The translations under genes and the position numbers were made by a program. DNA of 39,469 nucleotides from a virus (taxonomy: Duplodnaviria > Caudoviricetes), in the IMG/VR virus record IMGVR_UViG_3300043405_000022, positions 1 to 39,469 of that record; one strand, 5' to 3'. Shown here piece by piece: positions 25,977 to 34,044 of the stretch (its first letter is position 1; each line of letters begins with the position of its first letter). The notes under the pieces were generated by a model, which was not told the DNA's origin, did not search any database, and saw only the letters and a program-made list of their open reading frames with translations.

Positions 25977-27204
25977 GGGGCGCCTCCCCGACGGCCCGCT
26001 CGACCCAGCGCCGCGCCCGCGCCTCGGTCGGCGTCGTCCCGTCCTCGGGGCCGTCCTCGGACTCGGCCTCCCAGGTCCAGAGGCCGTCGTCGCCGCGCTC
26101 GATGCGCCCGATTTCGACGGGGCGGAGCGCGATCAGGCGGCTCCCCTCCCACCGCGGCGCGAGGCTCGGGGGCGGGGCGTCCTCCAGCGCGCTCAGCTCC
26201 GCGCTCAGACGGCGCTCAGCCTCCTCAGCGGCGGCGAGGTCGTCGCGCAGCCCGGCCAGCTCGGCCGCCCGCGCCCGCAGCCCCGCGGTCCAGCCCCAGA
26301 CAGCGAAGCGGGCGCGCTCGGGAGTTGTTGCCGGTTCGCCCTGGATCTTGCGGGGGATGTCTGCCAGATCAAGAGCGGCGTCGATCTCCAGGAGCCACTG
26401 CGAATTCGCCTCCTGGACCGCGAGCATCCCGGCGGCGCCGTCGTCGCGCATCTTCTCCAGCTCCGCGACCCGCGCCCGGAGGCGGACCGTCTCCCCGGCG
26501 TCGGCGAGGGGCAGGCCGCGGCGGGCGGACTCCAGCGCCCCGAGGATCGCGGCGGGCAGGTCCGGCCCCTGGGGCTGGCCCAGGGTCGCCCAGGCGGCGG
26601 CGCGCTCGGCCTGGAGCGCCTGAAGCCGGGCGGCGTGCTCTGAGAGGGCGGCGACGCCTTCACCGACGCCGTCGCAGTCGCCGCCGGGGTCCTCCTCCGG
26701 CGCGGGGACGGTCTCAGCGGGGGGCGAGGCTGGGAACAGCCGCAGCGCCACCGTCCCCGCGATTTTCTCGCGGCGAATCTGGCCGAGCGTCTCGGCGTAT
26801 TTGCAGATCCGGGAGGCCGACGCCTGATCGCCGAGTCGGCGCCCGACCTCGGCCTGCGCGATCCCCGGCTCGACGCGGACCAGCGCCAGGATCCGCGCGT
26901 GGAGGGTCGAGGGCTGGTCCTCCGGCGGCGCCTCCAGCTCAGGCAGGTGCGGAGGCGGCGCCGGCCGCGGACCCGGGGCGGCTCCGAACCGATCGCCGGG
27001 GCGCCAGTCGCCGCCGGGCGGGCGGATCAGGTGGCCGCTGTCGATCAGCGGCCACAGGGCCGCGCGGATCGCCTGCGGGGTCGAGGACAGCCGGCGGGCC
27101 AGCTCCGAGGTCGAGCGGGGTTTGACGCCGATCAGGTCGAGCGCCTGATCGATCTCGTCGGGGGTCAGGGGGGCGTAGCCCAAGGGCTCCAGGGTCGCGC
27201 TCAT
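25963..27204 (-). CDS. Hypothetical early protein (two winged-HTH-like domains, coiled coil, small C-terminal domain)
   Basis: STSELARRL..TPQAIRAAL and ILALVRVEPGIAQAEVGRRL segments; coupled overlaps. Confidence 0.6.
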   Translation of the reverse strand: MSATLEPLGYAPLTPDEIDQALDLIGVKPRSTSELARRLSSTPQAIRAALWPLIDSGHLIRPPGGDWRPGDRFGAAPGPRPAPPPHLPELEAPPEDQPSTLHARILALVRVEPGIAQAEVGRRLGDQASASRICKYAETLGQIRREKIAGTVALRLFPASPPAETVPAPEEDPGGDCDGVGEGVAALSEHAARLQALQAERAAAWATLGQPQGPDLPAAILGALESARRGLPLADAGETVRLRARVAELEKMRDDGAAGMLAVQEANSQWLLEIDAALDLADIPRKIQGEPATTPERARFAVWGWTAGLRARAAELAGLRDDLAAAEEAERRLSAELSALEDAPPPSLAPRWEGSRLIALRPVEIGRIERGDDGLWTWEAESEDGPEDGTTPTEARARRWVERAVGEAPHAAR

Positions 27205-28385
27205 TTTGCCTCCCGGGTCAGGAACAGATCCGCGATCGCGCGAGCGTCGTCGCTGCTTCCGGCGGTTCCCCGCCGACCGCCTACAGACCAGTACCAGATC
27301 GCAGCGTCGTCGGCGTCGGGCTCGACCCGCGCGAGGATCGGCGGCGGCGCGGAGTAGGCCAGGCCGCCGTCCCCGTCGGGGTGCCAGGAGGGGGCGGCGG
27401 CGGGAGGGGCAGCCCGGAGCCGATCGATCTCGATCCGAAGGTCGGCGGCCTCGTCGTCCCGACGGTCGAGCGCGCGGCGGAGGTCCTCGATCTCGCGGAC
27501 AGCGCGGCCCAGGACCTCGGCGCCGTCGAGGTCGGGGTCGCAGTCGAGGACGGCGCGGAGGGGGACGACCGCCCGCAGCAGCGCGGTCAGCTCGGGATCG
27601 TCGCCGCCCCGCCAGTCCTCGGACCGGAGCTGAAGGAGCTGCTCAGCGAGGCCGCCGGAGGGGGGCTCCTCGGCCGGAGAGGCGGGAACCTGCGACGCGG
27701 CGAAGGTCCGCGCGCGTTCGGCTTCGAGCTGCTCGGGGATGAGGAGCACCCGGGCGCACTCGGCCTTGACACCGGCGGTCACCTTGTAGTTGCGCTGCTC
27801 CGGCATGATTTCCAGCCCGGAGTAGATGGCGGATCCACACGTCCAGAGCTTCGGCCCGGCCTCCCGGATACTCTGCTCGAATTCGCGGATCCGCTTGAGA
27901 TCCCCGCAGGCGCCGCGCATCTGGGCCTGGATCGCCTGCTGGAGCTTCGGATCCTGGAGCGCGACCCTGAACCGCTCCGGGTCCGTCCAGTCCTCGTAGA
28001 GCGCCTGCCGTTCGGCCGCCGTCTTCGCGTAGGTCCCGTCCGGCCGGCGCCAGACCTCCGGATCGAAGGGGGGCGGCGGGGGCGGCGGGGGCGGGAGGTA
28101 GCTGAGGCGCGTCGGCGCCGGCGCCGGCTCGGCGTCGATGGTGCCTTCCTCGGGATCCTGCTCGGCGAGCCAGGCCTCCAGGACGACCGGGGCGGCGAGA
28201 TCCTGCTCGACCTGCGCGCGCGCACACTCGCGGCGGTCCTCGGCCCAGGTCGAGACCTCGCTCAGCTCGTCGGGCGTCCAGGTCGCGATCCGCGCCAGGG
28301 TCGGCAGGGGGCCGATCGGGTCGAGGCTGTCGGCGCCCTTCAGGGCGTCGAGGACAGCGGCCCAGGTTTCAGGATTGGCGTTCAC
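27201..28385 (-). CDS. Hypothetical early protein with poly-Pro linker and coiled coil
   Basis: GTG in GTGA overlap with RecT stop; acidic, protein-like composition. Confidence 0.6.
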   Translation of the reverse strand: MNANPETWAAVLDALKGADSLDPIGPLPTLARIATWTPDELSEVSTWAEDRRECARAQVEQDLAAPVVLEAWLAEQDPEEGTIDAEPAPAPTRLSYLPPPPPPPPPFDPEVWRRPDGTYAKTAAERQALYEDWTDPERFRVALQDPKLQQAIQAQMRGACGDLKRIREFEQSIREAGPKLWTCGSAIYSGLEIMPEQRNYKVTAGVKAECARVLLIPEQLEAERARTFAASQVPASPAEEPPSGGLAEQLLQLRSEDWRGGDDPELTALLRAVVPLRAVLDCDPDLDGAEVLGRAVREIEDLRRALDRRDDEAADLRIEIDRLRAAPPAAAPSWHPDGDGGLAYSAPPPILARVEPDADDAAIWYWSVGGRRGTAGSSDDARAIADLFLTREAK

Positions 28386-29284
28386 GCCGCACCCCCGGCC
28401 TTCGCCGCGGCTTTCCGCGCGTTGAGCCACTCATCGAATTTGGCGCGGCTCTTGGTCCCGCGCGCCATCGCGTCGAGGACCGACTGCCGGTACAGGTCGC
28501 CCCGTTCGCGGGGCAGCCCCCGAGGCGGGTTGCTCGCGACGCAGAACGCCTCGTATTCGGCCAGGGTAATCCCGAGCTGCCGCAATTTCTGCGTCCAGTT
28601 CAGGCTCGCGGGCGCCCAGGACGGATCCTCGACGACGCCCTCCGGGGCGTCGAGGGTCGGGGCCTCGGGCTGAGCGGTCGGGGCAGGCGCGGACCTGTTG
28701 TAGCCGCCCAGGTCCTCGGAGCCGTTCGGGGCGGGCTCGATCTCGACGACGCGCGGGATTTCGTCGGAGATTTCGGGGCTGATTCTGTCCGCGCCGCTGT
28801 CCAGCTCGTCGGGGTCGTAGACGCCCGTGAGCACGTCGGGGCAGTAGGCCCGGATGGCGGCGGAGATGGCCCGCGCCCGGAGCATGGCGGGGGTGTGGCG
28901 CTGCCAGTTCTGCTTCCCGGCGAGGCCCGCGCGCTTCGCGTCTTCGATGCTGTAGGTGAACGCGAAGGGCTGATCGGCCCCCCGGGTAAGCTCCACGGTC
29001 GCGGCCTCGGCGTCGGTGCGGAGCCAGCGGTGCTTGACGCCCGCGCGCTTGACCAGGGCGAGCTGGAGATCCGCCGCCAGCGTGACGCGCCCTTCGACGA
29101 GGTGGATGGAGCGGAGCGCCGTCATCGGGGGCAGGCCCAGCTCGCGCCCGGCCAGGATGATCGCCATCGCAGCCCCGCCGCTCCGGACGTGGGCGGGGAG
29201 GAGGCCGGTCTTATGCAGGGCGTCACCGAGCGATTGGAGCGCGGAGATTGCAGAGGGATCGAATAGAGCGAGGTCGGTAGTCAT
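28382..29284 (-). CDS. recT: RecT/Red-beta-like single-strand annealing protein
   Basis: GRELGLPPMTALRSIHLVEG, EDAKRAGL...NW...P.AMLRARA and GVYDPDEL motifs; GGAG before ATG 29284. Confidence 0.8.
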   Translation of the reverse strand: MTTDLALFDPSAISALQSLGDALHKTGLLPAHVRSGGAAMAIILAGRELGLPPMTALRSIHLVEGRVTLAADLQLALVKRAGVKHRWLRTDAEAATVELTRGADQPFAFTYSIEDAKRAGLAGKQNWQRHTPAMLRARAISAAIRAYCPDVLTGVYDPDELDSGADRISPEISDEIPRVVEIEPAPNGSEDLGGYNRSAPAPTAQPEAPTLDAPEGVVEDPSWAPASLNWTQKLRQLGITLAEYEAFCVASNPPRGLPRERGDLYRQSVLDAMARGTKSRAKFDEWLNARKAAAKAGGAA

Positions 29285-29430
29285 TTCTTCTCCAAGGTGA
29301 AAGGGGCGAATGATTCGGGCGACCGCGAGCACCAGACGCACCAGGCGCCGGCGTCGGGGTGGCGGCGGTCGAAGAGGACGAGGACGACGGTCGGATCGAG
29401 GAGATCGCAGCCGCAGAGGAGGCGGTTCAT
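29281..29430 (-). CDS. Small Cys-containing hypothetical protein (49 aa)
   Basis: MNRLLCGC...WCVWC; ATGA overlaps at both ends. Confidence 0.5.
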   Translation of the reverse strand: MNRLLCGCDLLDPTVVLVLFDRRHPDAGAWCVWCSRSPESFAPFTLEKK

Positions 29431-29609
29431 GGGGCCTCCGCGCGAGCCGGTGGCGCGAGCTTGCGCTTGCGGAGCTGGTAGAGGGCGTATCGGACCGCGT
29501 CGGCGTTCTGGCCCAGCTCCTCGGCGATCTCGATCGGCCGGATCCCGGGCCAGGAGCGCAGACAGTCGAGGACGTTCGCACGCAGAGAGCCGGGCCGGGG
29601 GGCGCTCAT
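29427..29609 (-). CDS. Small winged-HTH protein
   Basis: VLDCLRSWPGIRPIEIAEELG...VRYALYQL. Confidence 0.65.
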   Translation of the reverse strand: MSAPRPGSLRANVLDCLRSWPGIRPIEIAEELGQNADAVRYALYQLRKRKLAPPARAEAP

Positions 29610-29845
29610 GCGCGCTCCCGCAGGCCAAGCTCGATCATGTCGAGAATCGAGGCGTGCTCCCGGAGGCGCTCGGCGTCGGCGTCCTCGCCCCCGGCGTCGA
29701 TCGCACGACGGAGGCAGTAGACGGCTTCGTCGGTCCAGTCGGCGCGGCTGAGGACGCGATCCGGGGGCGAGGCGGGGAGCGGCTCAGGGGCGAGGGCGCC
29801 GGGCTCGTAGGTCGCCTCGGCCATAGTCAGGAAGCGGGCGCTCAT
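29606..29845 (-). CDS. Hypothetical protein
   Basis: Part of ATGA-coupled early operon. Confidence 0.55.
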   Translation of the reverse strand: MSARFLTMAEATYEPGALAPEPLPASPPDRVLSRADWTDEAVYCLRRAIDAGGEDADAERLREHASILDMIELGLRERA

Positions 29846-30027
29846 CGGCCACCCCCATCCCGAGGGGGCGGGATCAGCTCATCGGGGTCCGCTTCGCTGA
29901 GGGCGCGGTCTTCGGCGTCCTCAGCGCGCGCATCGAGGACCAGCCCGAACAGCAGGCCGGCGCCGACGCTCAGGGAGAGGATGGGGCCGACATTGGAGGC
30001 GATGACGGCGGCGATGAGGGCGATCAT
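29842..30027 (-). CDS. Small membrane protein
   Basis: Hydrophobic N-terminus then acidic tail; ATGA overlaps. Confidence 0.55.
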   Translation of the reverse strand: MIALIAAVIASNVGPILSLSVGAGLLFGLVLDARAEDAEDRALSEADPDELIPPPRDGGGR

Positions 30028-30176
30028 GCCTCGCCTCCCCGCCCGTCCTGGGCGATACGGACGCAGAGCGCGGCCCACGCGGCCTGAGCATCCGCGGAGG
30101 CCCGGAGCCCGGAGGCGGCGTCGTAGCAGAGGGCGATGAGGCGCCCGAGGGGCGTCCCGGTGCGGGCGGGGATCAT
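30024..30176 (-). CDS. Small hypothetical protein (50 aa; below ORF track cutoff)
   Basis: MIPARTGTPLGRLIALCYD...GGEA fills the gap exactly with ATGA overlaps at both ends. Confidence 0.55.
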   Translation of the reverse strand: MIPARTGTPLGRLIALCYDAASGLRASADAQAAWAALCVRIAQDGRGGEA

Positions 30177-30682
30177 GCGGCCCTCCCGAACGCGCCGCGG
30201 ACGAAGCCCTCGGCGTACAGCAGGACCGCCTCAGCGGGGGCGGGCGGGTCGTCGTCGGGGGCGTCCGCCTCGTCGGCTGCGATGGCCGCGACGAGGCGGT
30301 CCATGCAGGCGCCGCAGGCGTCGGAGTAGCGGCCCGGGATCGCGGGCTGGTCGCAGTCGGGACAGAGGAGATCGGAGTCCCCGCCCTCGACGCCGCTCCC
30401 GAGACAGGCGCGGCAGATCCGGAACCCGCCCGGCCGCTCGGGGTCCAGCTCGTCGCTCGTCCCGCAGCAGCGACCGCAGGCGCGCGGGGCGCTCTCCTCG
30501 ATGCGGGCGCGGGCCTCGGCGTCGGTCTCCGCGTCGGGGCGGGCGTCGAGGAGATCGATCTCGTAGTCGACGGCCTGTTGCTCGGGTGTCACCCGAGCAG
30601 TAGACTGCCGCGGGGGGGAGATATGGGCCGCAGAGAGCGCGTCGAGGTGCCCGGCGAGGGCGAGGGTCAGGGGGCGGGTCAT
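30173..30682 (-). CDS. Zinc-finger protein (DnaJ-like CxxCxG motifs), first gene of the leftward early operon
   Basis: CGRCCG, CRACLGSG, CPDC, CGAC; GGAG upstream. Confidence 0.65.
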   Translation of the reverse strand: MTRPLTLALAGHLDALSAAHISPPRQSTARVTPEQQAVDYEIDLLDARPDAETDAEARARIEESAPRACGRCCGTSDELDPERPGGFRICRACLGSGVEGGDSDLLCPDCDQPAIPGRYSDACGACMDRLVAAIAADEADAPDDDPPAPAEAVLLYAEGFVRGAFGRAA

Positions 30683-30703
30683 GGGGGCTCCGGGTCAGGC
30701 GTC

Positions 30704-30755
30704 AACAGAAATACTGTTAACCCTAGACCCGGTACCCGTCAACAGATTTTCTGTT
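30704..30755 (-). promoter_or_regulatory. PL-like promoter with two operators AACAG-N5-CTGTT (30704-30718, 30741-30755)
   Basis: Perfect palindromic half-sites 37 bp apart; minus-strand TTGACG-N17-TAACAG. Confidence 0.75.
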
Positions 30756-30847
30756 TATCGCTCACAGAGCGGGTCGCGCTGATTGCCGACGCCCTGCGCC
30801 TGCTGTCAGTCTTGCCAGATTACGCGCTGTCCGACGAGGTTAAACGC

Positions 30848-31231
30848 CTATCCGGCCTGCATGGCGGGCATCACGAGGGCGCCGAGGAGTCGCTGCGCCA
30901 GCGCGCGGATCGTAGGGTCGCCGTCGCGGAGCAGCACGGCGACAGCGGCCAGTTGCTGGAGTTCCGCCGGCCGTAGACCCGAGAGCAGCACGGCGACCTC
31001 GCCGGCGCTCGTCTCGCCGCGCGATCGTGCGACCAGTTCCAGGCCGAACAGGGCGGCGAGATCGAACAACCGATCGACTGGGATCCGGTTCGCGCCGGCC
31101 TCCCAGTTCCCGACCACCGATTGGCCGACCCCGAGGCGGCTGGCGAGCTGCTGCTGAGACCAGCCCGCGGCGAGGCGCTCGCGCTTGAGGAGCGCCACCA
31201 ACTCCTCTTGGTTCCGAAGCGGCGTCGGCAT
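30848..31231 (-). CDS. cI: CI-like XRE repressor (no S24 peptidase domain)
   Basis: LKRERLAAGWSQQQLASRLGVGQSVVGNWEAG HTH; GGAGG before ATG 31231; divergent from cro. Confidence 0.8.
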   Translation of the reverse strand: MPTPLRNQEELVALLKRERLAAGWSQQQLASRLGVGQSVVGNWEAGANRIPVDRLFDLAALFGLELVARSRGETSAGEVAVLLSGLRPAELQQLAAVAVLLRDGDPTIRALAQRLLGALVMPAMQAG

Positions 31232-31269
31232 GGGAACCTCCCCGTACTGACTAGCTTCCTGGCCGAAAT

Positions 31270-31321
31270 AACACATCGGCTGTTGCATCTGAGGCCGGGG
31301 TAGGCTAACAGTAGTTCTGTT
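31270..31321 (+). promoter_or_regulatory. PR-like promoter with two operators (31270-31284 degenerate, 31307-31321 perfect)
   Basis: AACAC-N5-CTGTT and AACAG-N5-CTGTT 37 bp apart; TTGCAT-N17-TAACAG. Confidence 0.75.
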
Positions 31322-31331
31322 AGGAGAACGC

Positions 31332-31586
31332 ATGGCGGCCCCCACCTGCATCGGCGAACTGGTCCGACTCTGGCGCGAGCAGCGCGGACTGACCCAGCGC
31401 GGGCTGGGCGAACTGTTGGCGCGCTCCCAGGCATGGATCTCGAACATCGAGAACGGCTGGCAGGACGTCGGCCGCGAGGAGTTCGCGCGCATCGCCGACG
31501 CCCTCGCGATCTCTGACGAGGACCGCGCCCGCGCGTGGCGGCTGCCGGTCCGTGCCGCCGAGCTGGACGTCGAGGTGGCGGCGTGA
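31332..31586 (+). CDS. cro: Cro-like XRE HTH protein
   Basis: REQRGLTQRGLGELLARSQAWISNIENG; AGGAG RBS. Confidence 0.8.
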   Translation: MAAPTCIGELVRLWREQRGLTQRGLGELLARSQAWISNIENGWQDVGREEFARIADALAISDEDRARAWRLPVRAAELDVEVAA

Positions 31587-31588
31587 GA

Positions 31589-31870
31589 TCAGCGGCCCGG
31601 GATCGGCGTGCCGTCGCGGTTCCTGCGCGGAACCTCGGGGCGCAGCCCGGCGGCGTCGCAGTCCGCTGGGAATTTCGCGCATTGCTCGGGCTCGGGGATC
31701 GGCGTCGTCTCGATCAGATGATCGCCGAGCGCCGTCAGCCCGCCGAGCATCGCGAGGCAGCCTCCGCCGCCCATCAGGGCCGCGCCCGCGACGCCGCCCC
31801 CGCACACCAGGACGCCCAGGACAAAAATCCAGGCGGCTACCTTGACAATCGTAGAGCTTCCCTCGGCCAT
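31589..31870 (-). CDS. Small membrane protein in antisense orientation (moron; superinfection-exclusion candidate)
   Basis: GGAGGGAG RBS, long hydrophobic N-terminus, TGnTACGCT extended -10 at 31896-31888. Confidence 0.6.
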   Translation of the reverse strand: MAEGSSTIVKVAAWIFVLGVLVCGGGVAGAALMGGGGCLAMLGGLTALGDHLIETTPIPEPEQCAKFPADCDAAGLRPEVPRRNRDGTPIPGR

Positions 31871-32088
31871 CGCTCCCTCCCGGTCGCAGCGTACCACAGT
31901 CTATCGACAGCTCGCCCCCTCTGCGTCCTCGACAGGCAGGGCGGGGCGTCCCTCTTCGGCCGGCGCTCGGTCCTCTCCCCCCCTTCAGATTCAGGTCTGG
32001 TCGGGCGTCGGCCATCTTCCCTCCCCTCTCTAATCCTTCGCGCGAGAGGCCGTAAATCGCGAACCTTCCGCGTTCACGGGGTCCGCCG

Positions 32089-32577
32089 GTGAGTATCGCC
32101 CTGCCTCTGACAGTCCGCACGCGCGCGGCTCTTTCGGCGCTCCTCTCCGACGCGATCGCGCGGGCGGGGCTGACCCAGGCTGAGGCCGCGCGCCGGATCG
32201 GCGTCGTCCCGGCGGCGGTCAGCCAGTGGCTGTCCGGGGATCGGGAGCTGCCCCTGGAGGCGCTGTTGTACGCGGCGCGGCTCCTCCCGGCCGGGCAGCA
32301 GGCCCGCCTGATCGAGCAGGGCGTCGAGTCGCTCCTCGGGATCCGCGTCCGGGTCGAGCTGCCGGGCGAGCTGGTCGAGGCCGGCGACCCCCTCGCCCTG
32401 ATCGGGGCGCTGTCCGAGTCCGCGAGCCAGTCGATCCGCGCGATCCTCTCCGGGATCGCCGACGGCCGGATCGACGCCGAGGAGCGGGCCGACCTGCTGG
32501 CGCGGGCGCGGGACCTCCGCGATCTCGCCGCGCGCATCGAGGCGGTCGCCGCGGCGCCGGGCCGGAGCAGCCGATGA
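32089..32577 (+). CDS. CII-like regulatory protein (HTH + DGRI..EE helical domain)
   Basis: GLTQAEAARRIGV..AAVSQWLSG HTH and ADGRIDAEERADL motif; position after cro. Confidence 0.65.
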   Translation: MSIALPLTVRTRAALSALLSDAIARAGLTQAEAARRIGVVPAAVSQWLSGDRELPLEALLYAARLLPAGQQARLIEQGVESLLGIRVRVELPGELVEAGDPLALIGALSESASQSIRAILSGIADGRIDAEERADLLARARDLRDLAARIEAVAAAPGRSSR

Positions 32578-33110
32578 GCGCGGTCATCGGCGTAGACCCC
32601 GGCCACAACGGCGGCGCGGTCCTGCTCTCCGGCGGCGACGTCCGCGCCTGGCGCTGGTCTGATCGGCGCGATCGGAAACGCGCGCCCGGCTACGACCTGC
32701 GCGATCAGACCGGCGAGGAGCAGCGCGGGCTGTCGCTGTACGAGATCGGCCGCGCGCTCGCCCTGGCGGCCGGGGCGCCGGGCTATCGGCTCGGGGTCGA
32801 GGGCCTTTTCGCCGGGCGCAACGGGGCGGCCTCGATCGAGCTGGCCGAGGCGACGGGGCGCCTGCTCGCGGGCGTCGAGCCCGGCGCGGCCGCCGTCCTC
32901 CGCCCGCCCTGGACGACCTGGGCGCGGGCGATCGTCCGCGGCTCCGCGACGACCGCGGCCCTCAACGCGGCGCGCCCGGCGTGGCTGGCGGGGCGCGGGA
33001 TCGCCCTCGGGGCGCTGGCCGACGATGACCACGTCCTGGACGCCGCCTGTATCGCGGGCTGGACCCTGATCGCGGGGCAGCACGAAGACCTGATCGGGAG
33101 GACGCCGTGA
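32574..33110 (+). CDS. RuvC-like Holliday junction resolvase
   Basis: VIGVDPG, VEG, P.TW and DHVLDAACIA motifs. Confidence 0.7.
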   Translation: MSAVIGVDPGHNGGAVLLSGGDVRAWRWSDRRDRKRAPGYDLRDQTGEEQRGLSLYEIGRALALAAGAPGYRLGVEGLFAGRNGAASIELAEATGRLLAGVEPGAAAVLRPPWTTWARAIVRGSATTAALNAARPAWLAGRGIALGALADDDHVLDAACIAGWTLIAGQHEDLIGRTP

Positions 33111-33802
33111 GGGACGCGCTCGATCGGTACTATACGCCGCCGGGGCTGGCGTGGATCCTGACCGGTCAGCTCCAGATCGAGGCGCCGCGCGTCGTCGCCG
33201 AGCCGAGCGTCGGCGCCGGGGCGTTCGCGTGCGCGGCGCGGCTCCGCTGGCCGGGCGCGCTGATCCTCGGAGTCGACCTCGATCCGGCCGCCCCAGCGCG
33301 GCCTGAATACGACCTGGAGCGCGGCGATTACCTGACCTGGGCGCCCCCGGCCGCGCCGGATCTGGTCCTCGGGAACCCGCCGTTCGCGCTCGCTCGCGAA
33401 TTCGTCGGGCGCAGCCTGGAGATCCTCCGGCCCGGCGGCGTCTGCGCGTTCCTCCTGCCCGCCACGATCGGCCACCTCCGGGGCTGGTCTGAGACGCAGC
33501 TCCCGAGCGTCGAGATCCCCCTGATCGGGCGCCCGTCGTTCCTGGCGCCCTCGGGCGCGCGGACCCAAGGATCGTCGGGGTTCGACGGACCCAAGGACCG
33601 CGGCGGAAACGCCAGGACCGAATACAGCTTCTTCATCTGGACGGCCGGAGACCTGCCGTCTCAGACGCTCCGGGAGCCTGGGCTGATCTGGCGCCAGGAC
33701 TACCCGACCCGCGCGGGGCGGACCCCCGCAAAGACGAAGGCCCCGGGACGCGTCAACGTCTCCGAGGCCGGCGTCGATCCTACACAGAAGGATTCGACAT
33801 GA
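33107..33802 (+). CDS. Orphan DNA N6-adenine methyltransferase
   Basis: YYTP, EPSVGAGAF (motif I) and GNPPF (motif IV). Confidence 0.8.
   Translation: MRDALDRYYTPPGLAWILTGQLQIEAPRVVAEPSVGAGAFACAARLRWPGALILGVDLDPAAPARPEYDLERGDYLTWAPPAAPDLVLGNPPFALAREFVGRSLEILRPGGVCAFLLPATIGHLRGWSETQLPSVEIPLIGRPSFLAPSGARTQGSSGFDGPKDRGGNARTEYSFFIWTAGDLPSQTLREPGLIWRQDYPTRAGRTPAKTKAPGRVNVSEAGVDPTQKDST
33729..33769 (-). terminator. Minus-strand intrinsic terminator
   Basis: GGCCTCGGAGACG-TTGACG-CGTCCCGGGGCC then TTCGTCTTT; tail resembles the 3612 terminator. Confidence 0.6.
33729..33798 (-). ncRNA. Predicted ~70-nt antisense RNA over the translation start of the replication genes
   Basis: Minus-strand TTGACG-N17-TACGTT promoter; 5' stem-loop GTCGAATCCT/AGGATCGAC; 3' terminator hairpin followed by TTCGTCTTT. 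Confidence 0.6.
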
Positions 33803-34044
33803 GCAACGTATATCCGACGGGCGCGCCCGTCAATCTCCCCCCGTCTGAGCGCGCCCTGGCGCTCGGGATCGTCCGCTGGATGGTCGAGGCCGGCGGGCCG
33901 GTCGAGGCCGTCGAGGACCGGCTGATCCGCTACCTCTCGGAGCGGGAGCGCCGCACAGGCGCCGCCCACTACGGCCGGATCCGCCGCGCGATCGCCGCCG
34001 ACGCGCCTGCGCTGATCTGGTCGGCGATCTGGGGGGGCGCTTGA
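33799..34044 (+). CDS. Hypothetical 81-aa protein coupled to the primase gene
   Basis: AAGGA RBS; stop overlaps the primase TTG (TTGA). Confidence 0.6.
   Translation: MSNVYPTGAPVNLPPSERALALGIVRWMVEAGGPVEAVEDRLIRYLSERERRTGAAHYGRIRRAIAADAPALIWSAIWGGA
33805..33833 (-). promoter_or_regulatory. Antisense sigma70-type promoter
   Basis: TTGACG (33833-33828), 17 bp, TACGTT (33810-33805). Confidence 0.65.

Noticed and set aside
28068-28098. G-rich run as G-quadruplex element
   Set aside because: Explained by poly-proline codons of the minus-strand gene.
419-30850. TAG stop-codon recoding
   Set aside because: TAG ends several genes at expected positions (terL, chaperone, spike, holin) and does not interrupt conserved domains.
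30760-30976. Protein-like + strand frame antisense to cI (TERVALIADALRLL...QLLEFRRP)
   Set aside because: No canonical start or RBS downstream of the operators; antisense open frames are common at this GC content.
31900-32030. Minus-strand ATG at 32015 with strong RBS and a G7 run
   Set aside because: Reading frame gives an Arg/Gly-rich shadow product overlapping real genes; a frameshift would give only a ~37-aa peptide with no support.
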